A stretch of DNA of 63,908 nucleotides, counting the filler, from Vezdaea acicularis (lineage: Eukaryota), in the NCBI GenBank assembly GCA_026025075.1. It is 5 parts of 5 records of this genome, joined end to end, with 100 filler letters (N's around TTAATTAATTAA, not from the genome) between each part and the next. Parts side by side here need not be neighbours in the genome. Positions count along the whole stretch, not along the records: positions 59,309 to 63,908 come from JAPEUI010000302.1; 4 more parts are not named here. The stretch is one strand, 5' to 3'. Both the position numbers and the translations under genes were made by a program. This document shows positions 61,090 through 63,908 of this stretch, piece after piece. The notes below the pieces were generated by a model. It was not told the origin of the DNA. It ran no database searches and was given only the letters and a program-made list of their open reading frames with translations. How positions within the stretch are numbered: the stretch's first letter is position 1; each line of letters starts with the position of its first letter.

Positions 61090-61920
61090 ATGAAGAGCAC
61101 AAGCGCGGCACTCAGCCTCTCGGCCCTCCTCTTCTCCACCCTCGCCCTGGCAGTGCCCTACCCTCAGCACCAGAACTACAACAACTACGCCGGGTTCAAG
61201 CGAGACTTGTATGTGACGACCGTCACCGACTGGGTCGTTGAGACGGTAGACATCACCTCGACAGTCTACGTCTCTCCGTCCGACAAGCCGGCCGCCCCTG
61301 CCGCGCCCCCTCCAGCCTCGACGACGACAACCTCGAGCAGCTCTAGCTCCGCCGCCGCCTTCTTCCAGGCCCCGCCGTCCTCCAGCACCACCGTCAGCAC
61401 TACAAGCACCACACCCCCACCAGCCACGACCCCGGCCGTCCAAGCCGTCGTCCCCACCACATCTGCCGCTGCTGCACCCCCTCCACCCCCACCATCCTCC
61501 ACCTCCGCCGCCCCGCCCCCACCTCCCCCATCCTCATCCGCCCCCGCCCCCGCCGCTCCCGCCGTCTCCACCACCTCCACCAGCGGTGGCGGCTCCGGCG
61601 GCACCCCCAACAAAGGCGACATGACCTACTACAGTGCCGGGCTCGGCTCCTGCGGCACCACCAGCGCCGACACCGACCACATCGTCGCCCTCGCCCACGG
61701 CCTCATGGACACCAAAGCCACCGGCAACCCCAACTCCAACGGCTTCTGCGGCAAGACTATCACCATCAGCTACAAAGGCAAGACCGCCACCGCCACCGTC
61801 GTCGATACTTGTATGGGCTGCGACGGCATGTCCATCGACGTTTCCCCCGCCGTCGCCGAGGCGCTTGATCCGGGCTATCTCACTGATGGCCGCGTGGAGG
61901 TGGAGTGGTGGTTCAATTAG
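61090..61920 (+). CDS. Secreted expansin-like RlpA/DPBB protein (Asp f7-like), 276 aa
   Basis: Signal peptide, KR site, S/T/P linker, then GDMTYYSAGLGSCG..IVAL..NPNSNGFCGKTITI..VVDTCMGC..IDVS. Confidence 0.88.
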   Translation: MKSTSAALSLSALLFSTLALAVPYPQHQNYNNYAGFKRDLYVTTVTDWVVETVDITSTVYVSPSDKPAAPAAPPPASTTTTSSSSSSAAAFFQAPPSSSTTVSTTSTTPPPATTPAVQAVVPTTSAAAAPPPPPPSSTSAAPPPPPPSSSAPAPAAPAVSTTSTSGGGSGGTPNKGDMTYYSAGLGSCGTTSADTDHIVALAHGLMDTKATGNPNSNGFCGKTITISYKGKTATATVVDTCMGCDGMSIDVSPAVAEALDPGYLTDGRVEVEWWFN

Positions 61921-62529
61921 CCAAATGCTGTGAGAGGGCACGTGGAAGTTAGGAGGTGGGAAGGCAAGGCGCGCTTCTGTGAGGCGATTGCCGGTGTGGG
62001 GAAGCGAGAGAAGAGGAAAAGTTGGGAGAAGTGGCGTGTGCCTGGGGCAGCGCAGTAGAGGAACTCGCTCTTTGTATATACTCCTACAATCCTACAATCC
62101 TCCATCCTAGCCTCCTGTTCCCGTCCCAATAATCCAAAGCCCATGCGCAAGCGCACATGAACCTGATTCCGTCCCTCCCTCCCTCGTCTTTTTTCATCCA
62201 CGGTTTGGTTATGCCGTGGGAACAAAGTTTACGGAAACACTCCTTCCATGCGTGAGCTTTTGAAATCGCTGGTTTTAAAGATTTAGAGCTGAAATGGCGC
62301 TTGATTGCCTGCTTGTTTGTTTGATCGATCGCTTGGTTGATTGCTTGATATACAAATCCCACTCTACATGACCATGTCCTTTAGTGTATCGCATTAAATC
62401 CTCCTACCAACCCAACCCCCCAAGCCCTCTCTTCTGCTATATCCTCGCCCCTTCCCTCTCTGGAATTTAAGCCCCTCGACCACCATCCCCCCCTCCTTTC
62501 CCCCTCCTTCTCACTCCAAACTCAAGTAT

Positions 62530-63334
62530 TCACCCCTTCTTAACCCTCTTCCCAATATCCCAGCCCCAGCCGCGCAGGGTCTTGACGACCTTGGGGGTGA
62601 CGGCCGCCGTAACGGGGACGCGGAGGAAGATGAAAGATTTGTGGATGGCGTAGGCGAGGGCGAGTTGGGTCCAGATGCCTGATCAAATCGCACTTCATCA
62701 GTCCTCTCTTCATTTGAAAATACACACACACAAGGGGGGAGGGGGGGCAAAAGAAGAGAGTCTGATACATACTAGCGCCCGCAGAATTATTAGCCACCCT
62801 CGCCTCCTCCACGCCCCAGCCTTCACCCGCGCCCTGACTCTGCACCACCACCTCCCCTTCCTCCTCCCCATCCGCTCCACGCTCAAGCGCACGTCTATTC
62901 TTGCCCGGCCATTCAAACGGAATGGAACCCTTCACGAAATCAATGATGGTGTGTTCCCAGGCTCCGATGCGATCGGTGCCGAGCCAGCGCACGGCAAGGA
63001 AGCAGAAGGGAAAGTCCAGCGCGGAGAGCGCGAGGTAGACGCCTAGTGCCGACCAGCCGTATTCGCGGGAGAGTTTGCGGAGGCGCTGGGAGAGTGAGAG
63101 AGAAGGGGGGGAGGAGAGGTTGGGGGTTGGGTTTGGGGTGGGTGGTGGGTTATGAGGGGTGCTGTAGGGGCGTTGCGGGGGTTTTGTGGGCCGGATGGGG
63201 GGTAATGCTTGGGGCCGTGCTGGGAGGGGAAGGGTTCTGAGACGCCGGGTTTGACGCGTGCTGCTGGTGCGGAAGCGGTGGAGGAGGGCGGGTTGCCGGA
63301 GGGTGCGTGTTAGGAGGTGTTGTGTTGAGTTCAT
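62530..63334 (-). CDS. NAT2: Mitochondrial FAM210/DUF1279 (Nat2-like) protein, ~236 aa
   Basis: R/T-rich presequence; RLRKLSREYGWSALGVYLALSALDFPFCFLAVR; intron 62772-62679 then IWTQLALAYAIHKSFIFLRVPVTAAVTPKVVKTLRGWG. Confidence 0.85.
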
Positions 63335-63781
63335 GCTGGGCGTATATGCGCTGATGTGCGTGGGTGAACGGGTAGTTGCGCTCGTTGGTGCCGACAAGGC
63401 TGATTAGAAGGTAGGCCTTGATGGGTGAGAGGGCATGGTTGTTGGTGAGGGCGTGAGGGAGGCGTGGTGATAAGTGAGGGTTGGAATGGGCATGGAGTGG
63501 AAATTCTCGGATGACGTTTTAGCCCGGTTTCATGGCAGCTGCGGGAAGTTACTAGTCAGTACCGGGAGCTCGCTAATACCGGGAGTTCGCTGCGGGTTGC
63601 GCACCAAAACTAGTCATTTTTGACGCAATGCTGAGATACCCACAGCGCTTCAAATCAGCTGTGCTCACAGGTATAGATAGAGAAGTACAAGCTTATGAGT
63701 ATGTGCTAGCTATATTTGCGTTAAATCAAAGCATGCATTTGCAATTCAATTCGGCGCAAAATGATCATTTTACCGCCTAAA

Positions 63782-63908
63782 TGTCACGAACCTACCTTCC
63801 CGTGACTTAGCCTGCGACTCGACTGCGCTTAGCAAGCGCTAGGTATACGTCACGTGACCACCGTCATATAGGAAAGCGGGGAAGCACTGTAGAATAGCTC
63901 CTTAGTAT
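63782..63908 (+). mobile_element. Second LTR copy (5' LTR or solo LTR) of the same chromovirus family, cut by the window end
   Basis: 125/127 identical to the reverse complement of 24782-24908. Starts TGTCACGAACC; no PPT upstream. Confidence 0.9.

Noticed and set aside
1..63908. tRNA, rRNA, snRNA or TPP riboswitch
   Set aside because: No cloverleaf or aptamer signature seen by eye; tRNAscan-SE and Infernal would be needed to exclude them.

Overview
Eukaryotic DNA from a filamentous ascomycete (Pezizomycotina-type genes; short GT-AG introns with CTRAY branch sites). The window is not one locus. It is five contigs joined by synthetic N44-TTAATTAATTAA-N44 spacers: 1-15300, 15401-29993, 30094-44671, 44772-59208 and 59309-63908. 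Core genes I can model by hand: RRP45 (partial), JSN1/PUF2-like Pumilio+RRM, VPS72, ECL1-like, TRF4/Cid14, RTF2, glucosidase II beta (GTB1), a secreted DUF4185-like protein, EI24/RRT8-like, SCS3/FIT, Rab5/VPS21, MLH3, an expansin-like DPBB protein and NAT2/FAM210-like. Three things stand out. (1) A Ty3/gypsy chromovirus whose ~3 kb 3' region carries an antisense, TATA-driven, apparently spliced gene with a Zn2Cys6-like cysteine motif, plus a nested hairpin element; a near-identical second LTR lies at the window end, and both copies sit just upstream of host genes. (2) A repeat-rich orphan gene with a Rad5-N-terminus-like UBA segment and a C-terminal SIM-like motif, only ~65 nt behind TRF4 and spliceable to it in frame. 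(3) A protein kinase fused to 17 highly similar, GC-rich ankyrin repeats with no NOD domain, next to an unknown 738-aa gene, forming a candidate allorecognition/immune pair. All calls come from manual reading and recall; no searches were run.
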